Position numbers and translations under genes: made by a program. The notes below the pieces were generated by a model, which saw nothing but the letters and a program-made list of their open reading frames with translations, made no database searches and was not told the origin of the DNA. From Pseudomonas sp. (lineage in GTDB: Bacteria > Pseudomonadota > Gammaproteobacteria > Pseudomonadales > Pseudomonadaceae), in assembly GCA_030699825.1 (NCBI GenBank), contig JAUYKV010000069.1:8421-72420 (forward strand): a stretch of DNA of 64,000 bases, written 5' to 3'. Below, piece after piece: positions 29,368 through 41,372 of the stretch (positions within the stretch are counted from its first letter, which is position 1; the number at the start of each line of letters is the position of its first letter).

Positions 29368-30264
29368 TTATTTCTTGGCGGCAAACAGCGCGTCGAGATG
29401 CTGCTCGAAGGCGTGGTAGTTGATGCGATCGTAGAGCTCCATGCGGGTCTGCATGGTGTCGATCACGTTCTTCTGGGTGCCGTCGCGGCGCAGCGCGGTG
29501 TAGACGTTTTCGGCCGCCTTGTTCATGGCGCGGAAGGCCGACAGCGGATAGAGCACCAGGGACACGTCGACACTGGCCAGCTCTTCGGTGGTGTACAGCG
29601 GCGTGGCGCCAAACTCGGTGATGTTGGCCAGGATCGGCGCCTTGAGGCGATCGGCGAAGGTCTTGTACATCGCCAGTTCGGTGATCGCCTCGGGGAAGAT
29701 CATGTCGGCGCCGGCCTCGATGCAGGCCTCTGCGCGATCCAGCGCCGAGTTCAAGCCTTCGACCGCCAGCGCATCGGTGCGCGCCATGATCACGAAGCTG
29801 TCGTCGGTGCGCGCATCCACCGCGGCCTTGATCCGGTCGACCATCTCTTGCAGCGTGACGATTTCTTTATTGGGTCGATGACCGCAGCGCTTGGCGCCGA
29901 CCTGGTCCTCGATGTGAATCGCCGCGGCGCCGAACTTGATCATCGACTTGACCGTGCGCGCCACGTTGAAGGCCGAGGAGCCGAAGCCGGTGTCGACATC
30001 CACCAGCAGCGGCAGGTCGCAGACATCGGTGATGCGGCGCACGTCGGTAAGCACGTCGTCCAGCCCGGTGATGCCCAGATCCGGCAAACCGAGGGAGCCG
30101 GCCGCCACACCGCCACCGGACAGGTAGATCGCCTTGAACCCGGCACGCTTGGCCAGCAGGGCGTGGTTGGCGTTGATCGCGCCGACCACCTGCAACGGAT
30201 GTTCTGCGCCAACGGCATCGCGAAAACGCTGGCCGGGACTGCTCTGGCTGGATAGCTGACTCAT
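29368..30264 (-). CDS. prpB: Methylisocitrate lyase
   Basis: KRCGHRPNK catalytic motif, [13 protein letters not shown]. Confidence 0.97.
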   Translation of the reverse strand: MSQLSSQSSPGQRFRDAVGAEHPLQVVGAINANHALLAKRAGFKAIYLSGGGVAAGSLGLPDLGITGLDDVLTDVRRITDVCDLPLLVDVDTGFGSSAFNVARTVKSMIKFGAAAIHIEDQVGAKRCGHRPNKEIVTLQEMVDRIKAAVDARTDDSFVIMARTDALAVEGLNSALDRAEACIEAGADMIFPEAITELAMYKTFADRLKAPILANITEFGATPLYTTEELASVDVSLVLYPLSAFRAMNKAAENVYTALRRDGTQKNVIDTMQTRMELYDRINYHAFEQHLDALFAAKK

Positions 30265-30998
30265 GACTCACCTCGGGGTTTGGCTGTCTTGGTTGGCGCG
30301 CCCTGCCCCATGTTCATGGTGTAGTGGCGCTCGATATTGCGCTTGGATGCACCGATGTGACGGCGCATCAGCAACTCGGCTAGCTCGCCATCGCGCTCGG
30401 CGATGGCGTCGAGAATCCGGTGGTGTTCGGCGAACGCCTGACGCGGGCGGTTCGGCGTGGCCGAGAACTGCAGGCGGTACATGCGCACCAGCTGATACAG
30501 CTCGCCGCAGAGCATCTGCACCAGGGTGCGGTTGCCGCTGCCCTGAATGATCCGGTAGTGGAAATCGAAATCGCCTTCCTGCTGGTAGTAGCCGACGCCC
30601 GCTTTGAAGGCCGCATCCTGCTCATGCAGATCGAGCACCCGGCGCAGCTCATCGATTTCCGTCTGGCTCATGCGCTCGGCGGCCAGACGGCAAGCCATGC
30701 CCTCCAGCGACTCGCGAATCTCATAGAGTTCGATCAGCTCGGCATGATCGAGCGCCACCACCCGCGCACCCACATGGGGAATGCGTACCAGCAGACGCTG
30801 ACCTTCCAGGCGGTGAAGCGCCTCGCGCAGCGGCCCACGACTGATGCCATAGGTGCGCGCCAGCTCCGGCTCGGAAATTTTGCTGCCCGGCGCGATCTCG
30901 CCTTTGACGATGGCAGCCTGAATACGGCGAAAAACATGCTCGGACAACGTTTCCGAGTCATCCTGAACGATACGGGGCAGCTCAATGGCATCGGGCAT
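30261..30998 (-). CDS. prpR: GntR/FCD-family regulator of the prp operon
   Basis: N-terminal wHTH ([20 protein letters not shown]) plus FCD domain; first gene of the prp operon. Confidence 0.88.
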   Translation of the reverse strand: MPDAIELPRIVQDDSETLSEHVFRRIQAAIVKGEIAPGSKISEPELARTYGISRGPLREALHRLEGQRLLVRIPHVGARVVALDHAELIELYEIRESLEGMACRLAAERMSQTEIDELRRVLDLHEQDAAFKAGVGYYQQEGDFDFHYRIIQGSGNRTLVQMLCGELYQLVRMYRLQFSATPNRPRQAFAEHHRILDAIAERDGELAELLMRRHIGASKRNIERHYTMNMGQGAPTKTAKPRGES

Positions 30999-31083
30999 AT
31001 TGTCGACACTGCTATCTGGATTTGCCAAAAAACTACCCTCCATCCGCACATATGTCAAACAATCAAGCATGACTGTCAACAAT
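30999..31083. promoter_or_regulatory. Putative GntR operator sites
   Basis: ATTGTCGACA (30999-31008) abutting the start codon and TGTCAACAAT (31074-31083); GntR-type TGT...ACA palindromes. Confidence 0.55.
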
Positions 31084-31301
31084 ATACCGAATAACAAAAC
31101 GCTCTTATCTGCCCGCTTTTCTCGTATAAACGCCTATAAGCGTCTGTCGCAGCAGCAAAACCCCCGTGCTAGAATGCCACCCACTCGCGCCTGGCCTAGC
31201 TTTGCTGCCATGCCTGCTAGAGTTCAAACCAGGCGCAGCGGCCATGCCACCTCGCCCGCAGGTCTTGTTATCCGACGACCGCGCTACACCTAATAGGACT
31301 T

Positions 31302-31853
31302 ATGAGACTCAAGCCCTTCGCCCTGCTGTTCTGCCTGCTGTTACTGCCTGGCCTGGGTCTCGCCGCCGCAGAAAAGGCCGTATACGGTCTGAATGAACAC
31401 GCCATGCTGTTCAACCTCGGCCTGCAAGTGCCGGCCAAATTGGATACTGGCGCCAAGACGGCGTCCTTGAGTGCCCGCGATATCAAGCGTTTCAAGCGCG
31501 AAGGAGAACCCTGGGTGCGCTTCTACCTGGCGATCGACGATGCCCATAGCCACCCGATAGAGCGCCCGTTGGCACGGATCAGCAAAATTAAACGGCGCGC
31601 AGGCGACTATGATCCAGAGGAAGAAAAAACCTATACCGCACGCCCGGTTATCGAGCTGGACATCTGCATGGGCCAAGCCCTGCGCACAATCGAAGTGAAC
31701 TTGACCGACCGTAGTGCATTCCAATACCCGCTATTGATTGGCTCCGACGCGCTAAAACGCTTCAGCGCACTGGTCGACCCAAGCCTTAAATACGCAGCAG
31801 GGAAACCTGGCTGTCCCCCTGACGCAAACCTTGGCGCCACCCCTAATGAGTAA
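31302..31853 (+). CDS. Secreted retropepsin-like (RimK-associated) putative protease
   Basis: Signal peptide, AKLDTGAKTASL (DTG), EVNLTDRSAFQYPLLIG. Confidence 0.85.
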   Translation: MRLKPFALLFCLLLLPGLGLAAAEKAVYGLNEHAMLFNLGLQVPAKLDTGAKTASLSARDIKRFKREGEPWVRFYLAIDDAHSHPIERPLARISKIKRRAGDYDPEEEKTYTARPVIELDICMGQALRTIEVNLTDRSAFQYPLLIGSDALKRFSALVDPSLKYAAGKPGCPPDANLGATPNE

Positions 31854-31858
31854 TGCCC

Positions 31859-33385
31859 ATGCGCTCTCTTAACCTGCATCTGAAAGTCCTGATCACGCTG
31901 TTGGTGGGCCTGGGCATTCTGATTACGGCCTACCAGATCTTCATCCTCGGCATTCCGCTGACCGAAGATGAAACCGATGATCTGTGGAACATCGACGCCA
32001 GAGTCGAGTTCCAGGCCACCCCGCGTGAGCCAGTCAAGCTGCAGATGTTTGTGCCGCCACTGAACCAGGATTATGTCAGTCTCAACGAGAGCTTCATCTC
32101 CAACAATTATGGCGTGAGCATCAACCGCGCCGATGGCAATCGCAAGGTCACCTGGTCTGCCCGGCGCGCCAGCGGCAAGCAAACCCTGTACTACCGCCTG
32201 GTCTTGACCAAGCGGTACAGCGGCGAGCTGGCCAAGAGCGAGGGACCGATCTTCCGCGACAGCATCCCCGTGGAAGGTGCCGAGAAAATTGCCGCCGAAG
32301 CCCTGCTAGCACCGATCCGCCAACACTCGGCGGACGTCGAAACCTTTATCAGCGAGACCATCAAACGGGTCAACAACGTCAACGACGATAACGTCAAACT
32401 GCTGCTGGGCGGCGATGCTTCGACACCGAATAAAGCCGATGCCATCGAGCTGCTGCTGTCCATTGCCCATGTGCCGATGGAGCGGGTGCACACCATCCGC
32501 CTGGCGGCCGAGATTCAGCAAAGCCCTGAACTCTGGCTACGCAGCTTCAACGGAGAAAAATGGCTCTACTTCAACCCGGAAACCGGTCAACAAGGCTTGC
32601 CAAGCGATCGCCTGACCTGGTGGACCGGCGACGACAACCTGATCAAGATCGAAGGCGGCAAGCAAGCGCAAGTCAGCTTCACCTTGAGCAACAGCGAGAT
32701 GAATGCCATCCGCCTGGCCAAATTGACCGACGAGAATACTGACGCCGACTTCCTCGAGTATTCGATGTACGGCCTGCCGCTCTCTACCCAACAGACCTTC
32801 CAGATCATGCTGGTGATCCCGATCGGCGTGCTGGTGATCTTGATCCTGCGCAACCTCGGTGGCCTGCAGACCCTGGGCACCTTCACTCCGGTTCTGATCG
32901 CCCTGGCCTTCCGTGAGACCCAACTGGGCTTCGGCATCATCCTGTTCACCATCATTACCGCCCTGGGCCTGTCACTGCGCTCCTACCTCGAACACCTGAA
33001 ACTGCAGATGCTGCCCAGACTCTCGGTGGTCCTGACCTTCGTCGTGGTCCTGATCGCAGTAATCAGCCTGTTCAGCCACAAGCTCGGCCTCGAGCGCGGC
33101 CTCTCGGTGGCACTGTTCCCGATGGTGATTCTGACCATGACCATCGAGCGTCTGTCGATCACCTGGGAAGAGCGTGGCGGTGGCCATGCCTTCAAGGTCG
33201 CCATTGGCACCCTGATAGCCGCGACCCTGTCTCACCTGCTGATGAGCGTGCCGCAGTTGGCCTACTTCATCTTCACCTTCCCGGCCGTACTGATGATCCT
33301 GGTGGGCTTCATGCTGGCGATGGGCCGTTACCGCGGCTACCGCTTGACCGAACTTTTCCGCTTCAAAGCCTTCCTGAAGGATTGA
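31859..33385 (+). CDS. Inactive transglutaminase-like domain fused to 7 TM helices
   Basis: N-terminal TM, soluble domain, C-terminal multi-TM (GTFTPVLIALAF, LFPMVILTMTIER, GRYRGYRLTELFRF). Confidence 0.85.
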   Translation: MRSLNLHLKVLITLLVGLGILITAYQIFILGIPLTEDETDDLWNIDARVEFQATPREPVKLQMFVPPLNQDYVSLNESFISNNYGVSINRADGNRKVTWSARRASGKQTLYYRLVLTKRYSGELAKSEGPIFRDSIPVEGAEKIAAEALLAPIRQHSADVETFISETIKRVNNVNDDNVKLLLGGDASTPNKADAIELLLSIAHVPMERVHTIRLAAEIQQSPELWLRSFNGEKWLYFNPETGQQGLPSDRLTWWTGDDNLIKIEGGKQAQVSFTLSNSEMNAIRLAKLTDENTDADFLEYSMYGLPLSTQQTFQIMLVIPIGVLVILILRNLGGLQTLGTFTPVLIALAFRETQLGFGIILFTIITALGLSLRSYLEHLKLQMLPRLSVVLTFVVVLIAVISLFSHKLGLERGLSVALFPMVILTMTIERLSITWEERGGGHAFKVAIGTLIAATLSHLLMSVPQLAYFIFTFPAVLMILVGFMLAMGRYRGYRLTELFRFKAFLKD

Positions 33386-33388
33386 GCC

Positions 33389-34375
33389 ATGCTAGGTCTC
33401 TGGAAAACATGGAAGGCCCTTGAAGCCAAAGGCATCATGGGCATCAACCGTCGCAATGCGGACTACGTGCTGAAGTACAACAAGCGCAATCTCTATCCGA
33501 TCGTCGATGACAAGATCATCACCAAGGAGCGCGCTATTGCAGCCGGCATCGATGTGCCGAAAATGTACGGCGTGATCGAGACCGAAAAAGGCATCGACAA
33601 ATTGCGCGAGATCATTGGCGACCGGCCGGACTTCGTGATCAAGCCGGCCCAGGGCGCCGGCGGTGACGGTATCCTGGTCATCGCCGACCGTTTCGAGGAT
33701 CGCTATCGAACGGTTTCCGGCAAGATCATCAGCCATGAGGAAATCGAACATCAGATCTCCAGCATCCTCACCGGTCTGTACTCGCTGGGTGGCCACCGTG
33801 ACCGCGCACTGATCGAATACCGCGTCACCCCCGACCCCATCTTCAAGAGCATCAGCTACGAAGGCGTGCCGGACATTCGCATCATCGTACTGAAGGGCTA
33901 CCCGGTGATGGCCATGCTGCGCCTGCCGACCCGCCAGTCCGGCGGCAAGGCCAACCTGCACCAGGGCGCGATCGGGGTGGGCGTGGACCTGGCGACCGGG
34001 GTGACCCTGCGCGGCACCTGGCTGAACAGCAAGATCACCAAGCACCCGGACACCACCAATTCGGTAGACGGCGTACAGCTACCCAACTGGAATGGTTTCA
34101 TGAAACTGTCCGCCGGCTGCTATGAACTGTGCGGCCTTGGCTACATCGGCGTGGACATGGTCCTCGACCAGGAGAAAGGCCCGCTGATTCTCGAGCTCAA
34201 TGCGCGTCCCGGCCTGAACATCCAGATCGCCAACGACTGCGGCCTCACCCACCGCGCCCATGCCGTGGAAGCGCGCCTGGTCGAACTGGCGAAAAAAGGC
34301 ATAACCGAGACGCCGGAGGAACGCGTGCGCTTCGCCCAGGAGCTGTTTGGCCACGTCCCCAAAGCAGAGATCTGA
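33389..34375 (+). CDS. Alpha-L-glutamate ligase-like ATP-grasp protein (RimK-related)
   Basis: VDDKIITK, FVIKPAQGAGGDG, KANLHQGA, GVD...LELNARPG. Confidence 0.9.
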   Translation: MLGLWKTWKALEAKGIMGINRRNADYVLKYNKRNLYPIVDDKIITKERAIAAGIDVPKMYGVIETEKGIDKLREIIGDRPDFVIKPAQGAGGDGILVIADRFEDRYRTVSGKIISHEEIEHQISSILTGLYSLGGHRDRALIEYRVTPDPIFKSISYEGVPDIRIIVLKGYPVMAMLRLPTRQSGGKANLHQGAIGVGVDLATGVTLRGTWLNSKITKHPDTTNSVDGVQLPNWNGFMKLSAGCYELCGLGYIGVDMVLDQEKGPLILELNARPGLNIQIANDCGLTHRAHAVEARLVELAKKGITETPEERVRFAQELFGHVPKAEI

Positions 34376-34609
34376 ACCCAACCATCTACAGGCATTCACA
34401 CTGCGGACGCCACAATCAGACAGAGCGTCCGCAACATGAAAGCCTGCCTCACTCCTGCAATACCGCCCACCCAGCAAACAGCGGTATGTTCCCAGCCAGC
34501 CCGTGCAACGAACCTGGAGCCGCAGGCGCCCACCCCCACGACCAGCGCGACGCAGCGATTTCCGTGCAGCCCTCGGCAACCCTTATCCGTACAACCCCCA
34601 GACAAACAC

Positions 34610-34643
34610 CCAGCCAGTCCCATATACCAGCCAGTCCCATATA
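34610..34643. repeat. Perfect 17-bp tandem duplication CCAGCCAGTCCCATATA x2
   Basis: Directly visible at 34610-34626 and 34627-34643. Confidence 0.9.
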
Positions 34644-34708
34644 GAAGCGCTAGGATGAATCCGGCAGGCGTTCTACAATCGCCTGCCGCGCACCTCTGAA
34701 AGCTCTGC

Positions 34709-36052
34709 ATGCCTACTTGCCTTATACATACCCTGCCCTACCGCGCCGACCCGGCCATCTACTTCAGCGCAGTCCGTCACGCGCCAGGGGCGGTGCTGCT
34801 GGATGCCGGCCGGCCGGCCGCCCAGCGCGGACGCTATGACCTGATCAGCGCCTGGCCAATCGCCGAGCTGATCCCCATGCCTGACGAATCGGCCAACGAC
34901 TTCCTCCAGCGCCTGCGCACAAACCTGGCGGCGCTGGGCGAAGCCAAAGCACCTGACGACTGCCCGCTGCCCTTCGTCGGCGGCCTGATTGGCTACCTGG
35001 GCTACGACTTCGGCCGTCGCCTGGAAACCCTGCCCGAACAGGCCAGCGACGACCTGGGCCTGACCGATGCGCAACTTGGCTTGTATGCCTGGGCCCTGAT
35101 CACCGACCACCGGCTGGGCACCAGTCAGTTGGTGTTTCACCCAGCATTGCCCAGTGAACAGCGCCAGCAGTTGATCGAGCGGTTCGATGCGCCACAGGCG
35201 CCAGCGTCAGAGCCCTTCAGGCTGACCAGGGCATTCCGGGCGGATATCGATGAAGGCGAGTATCGCCATGCCATCGAACGCATCCAGGCCTATATCCAGG
35301 CCGGCGACTGCTACCAGGTGAACTTTGCCCAACGCTTTCGCAGCCACTACCAAGGCGATCCCTGGACGGCTTATCGCAGCTTGCGCGCCGCCTGCCCCAC
35401 CCCCTTCGCCGGCTACCTGGCCCTGGCGGATAACGGCGCAATCATCAGTCTGTCGCCCGAACGCTTCCTGCGCGTCAGCGAAGGTCAGGTGGAGACCCGC
35501 CCGATCAAAGGCACGCGCCCACGCCACAGCGACCCCGAGCAGGATGCCGCGCAAGCCGACACGCTCTTGGCCAGCCTCAAGGATCGGGCCGAGAACCTGA
35601 TGATTGTCGATCTGCTGCGCAATGACCTCGGCCGCAGTTGCACGACCGGCTCGGTACGCGTGCCGGAGCTGTTCGCCCTGGAAAGCTATCCCAACGTGCA
35701 CCACCTGGTCAGCGCGGTGACCGGCGAACTGGCACCTGACAAAGACGCCCTGGACCTGATCGCCGGCAGCTTCCCCGGCGGCTCTATCACTGGCGCACCG
35801 AAAATCCGCGCCATGCAGATCATCGACGAACTGGAACCCACCCGCCGCGCACTCTATTGCGGCTCGTTGCTGTACCTGGACGTGCGTGGCGAGCTGGACA
35901 GCTCGATTGCCATCCGCAGCCTGCTGGCCAAGGACGGTCAGATCAGCTGCTGGGGCGGCGGCGGCATAGTCGCCGACTCGGACTGGCAGGCGGAATACCA
36001 GGAGTCCATCACCAAGGTGAAGGTCTTGCTGGAAACGCTGGAGGGGATGTAG
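34709..36052 (+). CDS. pabB: Aminodeoxychorismate synthase component I
   Basis: GDCYQVN, SPERFL, TRPIKGTRPR, AENLMIVDLLRND, SITGAPK. Confidence 0.95.
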   Translation: MPTCLIHTLPYRADPAIYFSAVRHAPGAVLLDAGRPAAQRGRYDLISAWPIAELIPMPDESANDFLQRLRTNLAALGEAKAPDDCPLPFVGGLIGYLGYDFGRRLETLPEQASDDLGLTDAQLGLYAWALITDHRLGTSQLVFHPALPSEQRQQLIERFDAPQAPASEPFRLTRAFRADIDEGEYRHAIERIQAYIQAGDCYQVNFAQRFRSHYQGDPWTAYRSLRAACPTPFAGYLALADNGAIISLSPERFLRVSEGQVETRPIKGTRPRHSDPEQDAAQADTLLASLKDRAENLMIVDLLRNDLGRSCTTGSVRVPELFALESYPNVHHLVSAVTGELAPDKDALDLIAGSFPGGSITGAPKIRAMQIIDELEPTRRALYCGSLLYLDVRGELDSSIAIRSLLAKDGQISCWGGGGIVADSDWQAEYQESITKVKVLLETLEGM

Positions 36053-36133
36053 CGGCAAGCTGCAAGCGAGTCGCAGAACGAGGTGACAACCGCCAAACGC
36101 CTGCGCCCTGCCCTTGCCAGTTTGCCGCTGCGG

Positions 36134-36751
36134 TTACAGGCTCAGCTCGCGACTGGACGCCTTGATGAACTCGCGTTTGAGGTCTTCAAAGGTGTGCACT
36201 GCCGGGAACTGCGGAAACTCGCGAATTACGTTTTCCGGGGCATGGAACAGGATGCCCGCATGGGCCTCACTGAGCATGGTGGTGTCGTTGTACGAGTCGC
36301 CTGCGGCGATCACCCGGTAGTAGAGACTCTTGAGCGCGACCACCGATTGGCGCTTGGGATCCTTCTGGCGCAGCTGGTAGCTCACCACGCGATCATTCTC
36401 GTCGGTGACCAGCTTGTGGCACAGCAGCGTCGGAAAACCCAGCTGGCGCATCAGCGGCTGGGAGAACTCGTAGAAGGTGTCCGAGAGAATCACCACCTGA
36501 AAGCGCTCACGCAGCCAGTCGACGAACTCCACCGCGCCGTCCAGCGGCTTGAGGGTGGCGATGACTTGCTGGATGTCGTTCAGCTTCAGGCCATGCTCAT
36601 CGAGAATGCGCAGGCGTTGCTGCATCAGCACGTCGTAATCCGGAATATCGCGGGTGGTCGCTTTCAGCGATTCGATGCCGGTTTTTTCCGCGAAGGCGAT
36701 CCAGATCTCCGGGACCAGAACACCTTCCAGGTCGAGACAAGCGATTTCCAC
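36134..36751 (-). CDS. thrH: Phosphoserine phosphatase / homoserine phosphotransferase
   Basis: HAD motif CLDLEGVLVPEIW, GDSYNDTTML. Confidence 0.95.
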   Translation of the reverse strand: MEIACLDLEGVLVPEIWIAFAEKTGIESLKATTRDIPDYDVLMQQRLRILDEHGLKLNDIQQVIATLKPLDGAVEFVDWLRERFQVVILSDTFYEFSQPLMRQLGFPTLLCHKLVTDENDRVVSYQLRQKDPKRQSVVALKSLYYRVIAAGDSYNDTTMLSEAHAGILFHAPENVIREFPQFPAVHTFEDLKREFIKASSRELSL

Positions 36752-36981
36752 GGGACACTCCTAGATTGACCTTGAAAGAAGGCGGCACTCTAGCGACTAG
36801 CCGAAGGCTGCGCAACGCGAGGCTTATACCCAAAACAGACGAACAACCTATAACTTGGTTATTTAGCGGTATAACGCCTTTTTGCTACCATCGCCGCACA
36901 GAGCGTCCCGGGGCGCCAACCCACCAGGCGCAATAGCCTGGCGGCACCCTCTCAGCGCCACCTCAAACAGGAATCCAGCCG

Positions 36982-37716
36982 ATGAGCCACCCATTCGATG
37001 TCGCCGAACTGGCCGCAACCTACGCCAACAAGTCGCCCCAGGACATTCTCAAACTTGCCTTCGAGCACTTTGGCGATGAACTGTGGCTTTCCTTCAGCGG
37101 CGCCGAGGACGTGGTGCTGGTCGACATGGCCTGCAAGCTGAATAAAAACGTCAAGATCTTCAGCCTCGACACCGGTCGCCTGCACCCGGAGACCTACCGC
37201 TTCATCGAGCAGGTGCGCGAGCACTACGGCATCGCCATCGACGTACTCTCCCCCGACGCGACGGCGCTAGAGGCCCTGGTCAAGGAAAAAGGCTTGTTCA
37301 GCTTCTACAAGGACGGCCACAGCGAATGCTGCGGTATTCGCAAGACCGCCCCGCTCAGGCGCAAGCTGGCCACGGTCAAGGCCTGGGCTACCGGCCAGCG
37401 TCGCGATCAGAGTCCCGGTACCCGCAGTCAGGTCGCGGTGGTGGAAATCGACACAGCTTTCTCCACCGCGGAAAACACCCTGTACAAATTCAACCCGCTG
37501 GCGCAGATGAGCAGCGAAGACATCTGGGCCTATATCCGCATGCTGGAAATCCCCTACAACAGCCTGCATGAACGCGGCTTCATCAGTATCGGCTGCGAGC
37601 CCTGCACCCGCCCCGTACTGCCCAACCAGCACGAGCGCGAAGGCCGCTGGTGGTGGGAGGAAGCCACGCAGAAGGAGTGCGGCCTGCACGCCGGCAACCT
37701 GATCGCGAAAAACTGA
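36982..37716 (+). CDS. cysH: APS reductase (CysH, 4Fe-4S type)
   Basis: [29 protein letters not shown]. Confidence 0.95.
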   Translation: MSHPFDVAELAATYANKSPQDILKLAFEHFGDELWLSFSGAEDVVLVDMACKLNKNVKIFSLDTGRLHPETYRFIEQVREHYGIAIDVLSPDATALEALVKEKGLFSFYKDGHSECCGIRKTAPLRRKLATVKAWATGQRRDQSPGTRSQVAVVEIDTAFSTAENTLYKFNPLAQMSSEDIWAYIRMLEIPYNSLHERGFISIGCEPCTRPVLPNQHEREGRWWWEEATQKECGLHAGNLIAKN

Positions 37717-37806
37717 AACCACCGATGCGCTACGTTCCGCTCGGAGCGCAGTGACAGCCCGCCAGCTTTGCGCCGCACCGATTAACCATCGGTGCACTGC
37801 CTGCGG

Positions 37807-37840
37807 GTAGGGCGGCTTCGGAGCGAAGCGACAACCCGCC
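37807..37840. repeat. REP-like element
   Basis: GTAGGGCGG...AACCCGCC between convergent cysH and cysB. Confidence 0.5.
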
Positions 37841-37927
37841 GGATGTGTGTCGCGCCGATTTGCCCAGGCTAGGTCAGCAGCGGGCGCCTGGAGGCGGCCG
37901 CAGTAGGCGAGGGTTTTTCACAACTTC

Positions 37928-38911
<984 letters not shown>

Positions 38912-39036
38912 TCAAACAGAATAAGCAGCCGTTCAGAGGCCGGCGGCGTCATATAACCATATATATGGTTTAACCATTAAATCTAGATGATTTTATTTGG
39001 TCTTGCCGACTATTCGTTGAAATATAAATAACGACT

Positions 39037-39537
39037 TCAGGCCTCCCCACGGGCTCGGTGCTGCAGCATCGGCACCAGATACACCGGAACTTCGGACAAC
39101 TGCACCAGGCGCGCGGCCGTGCGGCCCAACGGGCTATCCAGGCCGGCGCCATGGCTATGACTGCCGACGACCAGCAAATCCACCCCGCGCTTCTGCGCCT
39201 CCTCGAGAATCACCAGGGGCGGATCGCCTTGCACCACCTGCACCGCACGGATCAGCTCGAGTTCATGCTGGGACTCGCCGAGTTCATCGCGAAAGCCCTC
39301 CAATACCCGTTGCTCGATACTCGCCATAACCGTACTCAGACCTTTACTGCGCAGCTCCCTGAGCCGCTCTTCATCCAGGTAGGTTTGCAACACAGACTCG
39401 GCAAACAAGCCCATTGGCTCCACCGCATGCACGACATACAGGCTGGCATTGAAAGCACGAGTCAGCGCCAGGGCATGCTGCAAGACATAGGGAGCATAAA
39501 GACCCAGATCGGTAGCATAGAGAATCGAGCGAATCAT
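39037..39537 (-). CDS. Universal stress protein
   Basis: MIRSILYATD..., DLLVVGSHS...LGRTAARL...VPVYLV. Confidence 0.9.
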   Translation of the reverse strand: MIRSILYATDLGLYAPYVLQHALALTRAFNASLYVVHAVEPMGLFAESVLQTYLDEERLRELRSKGLSTVMASIEQRVLEGFRDELGESQHELELIRAVQVVQGDPPLVILEEAQKRGVDLLVVGSHSHGAGLDSPLGRTAARLVQLSEVPVYLVPMLQHRARGEA

Positions 39538-39705
39538 GCGGTCTCCTCGACTGCCTAGCTGGCAGACCTGACTTGAGCTTAGCAGCGCCATCCGCAAGTC
39601 AACAAAACCGCAGCCATTCAGGACGAATGGTTATATGCACATGGCCAGGGAGCCGCTGGGGGCGGCATCCGGATTCAGGCTTGCGCAGCAGGACAATCCA
39701 CAAAC

Positions 39706-40611
39706 CTAGAGTTGCGGCTCGTTACTCACGCCATGCGGCACATGCCCGGTGGCAACGACCTCGCGGGCTTTCTCGCAGTGCCCCGCCTGATCGTCGAAGA
39801 ACACGTCGGCACCGAAGGTCTCGAGGATCGCCGCCTTCTCCAGCCCGCCCAGAAAGTACGACTCATCCAGGCGAATATTCCACTCGCGCAAGGTGCGGAT
39901 CACCCGCTCGTGGGCCGGTGCCGAGCGGGCGGTGACCAGAGCCGTGCGAATCGGGCAAGCCTCCTCGGGAAACTCCTGCTGCAACAGATGCAGCGCCGCC
40001 AGGAAGGGCTTGAAGGGGCCACCGCCGAGCAACTCGCGAGCCGACTCACGTTCGTGGCTCTGGAAGGCTTCCAGGCCGCCCTGCTGATAGACCCGCTCGG
40101 ACTCGTCGGAAAACAGCACGGCATCGCCATCGAAAGCGATGCGCAGCTCATTGCTCGCCGCCCGCCGCGCCCCACCCGAGAGAATGGTGGCCGCGCCAAA
40201 CCCCGAGCGCAGCGCGCTGCGCACATCTTCGGCGTGAGTCGAGAGAAACAGGTGGCAGCCGAACGCCGCCAGATAAGGATCGGGGCTGCGGCCGCCGACA
40301 AAGGCCGCGCGCGAGATGCCCAGGCCGTAGTGCTGAATCGAGTTGAACGCACGCAAGCCGGTATCGGCGCTGTTGCGCGACACCAGAATCACTTCGACCC
40401 GCGCCTGATCCAATGCGCTGTTCAACCCCAGCAGCTTCTCGACCAGGGGGAAGGCGTCACCGGGCATGAGGATTTCGTCCTCATGCTCGATCTGATAGCG
40501 ACGATAGGCCTCGACCCCCTCCCCCTCATACACGCGATGACTCTCGCGCAGGTCGAACAGCGCCCGCGAGGAAATCGCCAACACCAGCTTGTCGCCCATT
40601 CCCTTGCTCAT
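39706..40611 (-). CDS. 5'-nucleotidase (cN-I family)
   Basis: AISSRALF, LRIAFDGDAVLFSDE, FFDDQ. Confidence 0.9.
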   Translation of the reverse strand: MSKGMGDKLVLAISSRALFDLRESHRVYEGEGVEAYRRYQIEHEDEILMPGDAFPLVEKLLGLNSALDQARVEVILVSRNSADTGLRAFNSIQHYGLGISRAAFVGGRSPDPYLAAFGCHLFLSTHAEDVRSALRSGFGAATILSGGARRAASNELRIAFDGDAVLFSDESERVYQQGGLEAFQSHERESARELLGGGPFKPFLAALHLLQQEFPEEACPIRTALVTARSAPAHERVIRTLREWNIRLDESYFLGGLEKAAILETFGADVFFDDQAGHCEKAREVVATGHVPHGVSNEPQL

Positions 40612-40789
40612 ACTCACCTCGGTGTCTGTAAAAATCGGCTGCCATGCGAGACAGCTTGATGCAGGTTGGAGACAACGGCCTGGGCGGGCGTTTTCTTACC
40701 AGCGAGCCACATCAAAGTCGGTCAGCTGCAATTCAGTCACTATACTATTCACAATGATGTCGAATTAATGGCATAGGGAGCCTGTAGTC

Positions 40790-41206
40790 ATGCGACATTT
40801 CCTGCGTCACCCCAGCGATATGCCAGTGGAGCTGGTACTCCGCAAGCAAGACTGTATCCCCAAACAACGGCTGAACAATATCAGTCTCGGCGGAGTGGCG
40901 TGCAATTCCAAATGCGGTTTTCGCCGCGGCACCGCGATAGAGTTGCGTATCCCCCTGCTTGGTGAACAGGCGCGCTACCCCGGAGTGGTGGCCTGGTGCC
41001 GCAAACAGCCCGACGATTACCTGGTCGGCATCGCCTTTATCGACGAAGACACGTTATTTCGCGCACGCATGGTCGAACAGGTCTGCCAGATCGAACATTA
41101 CCGCAAGCAACGCGAACTGGAGCTGGGCGAGCATCTGGCGATAGACAGCATCGCCGTGGAATGGATCGCCAATCACGCCGCCGAGTTCTCCAATGCAAGT
41201 CTGTAA
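40790..41206 (+). CDS. PilZ-domain protein
   Basis: RHFLRHP (RxxxR) and NISLGG motifs. Confidence 0.85.
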   Translation: MRHFLRHPSDMPVELVLRKQDCIPKQRLNNISLGGVACNSKCGFRRGTAIELRIPLLGEQARYPGVVAWCRKQPDDYLVGIAFIDEDTLFRARMVEQVCQIEHYRKQRELELGEHLAIDSIAVEWIANHAAEFSNASL

Positions 41207-41372
41207 TCGCTGTTCCGCTCCATTTAACGACCTTAGACCCATTGTCTAGCCCGCCCGTAACGCGCTAAGGTTCTGCAACCCCGCTGTGCCCATAAATGCT
41301 GTGCACCGCCACACGGGGATCGCTGGCGGCCGGCACCCGTGACCTGACGACCCTGACCTGATGAAAAGCACG

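Noticed and set aside
34610-34643. Tandem repeat as a possible CRISPR remnant
   Set aside because: Only two adjacent 17-bp copies, with no spacers and no cas genes
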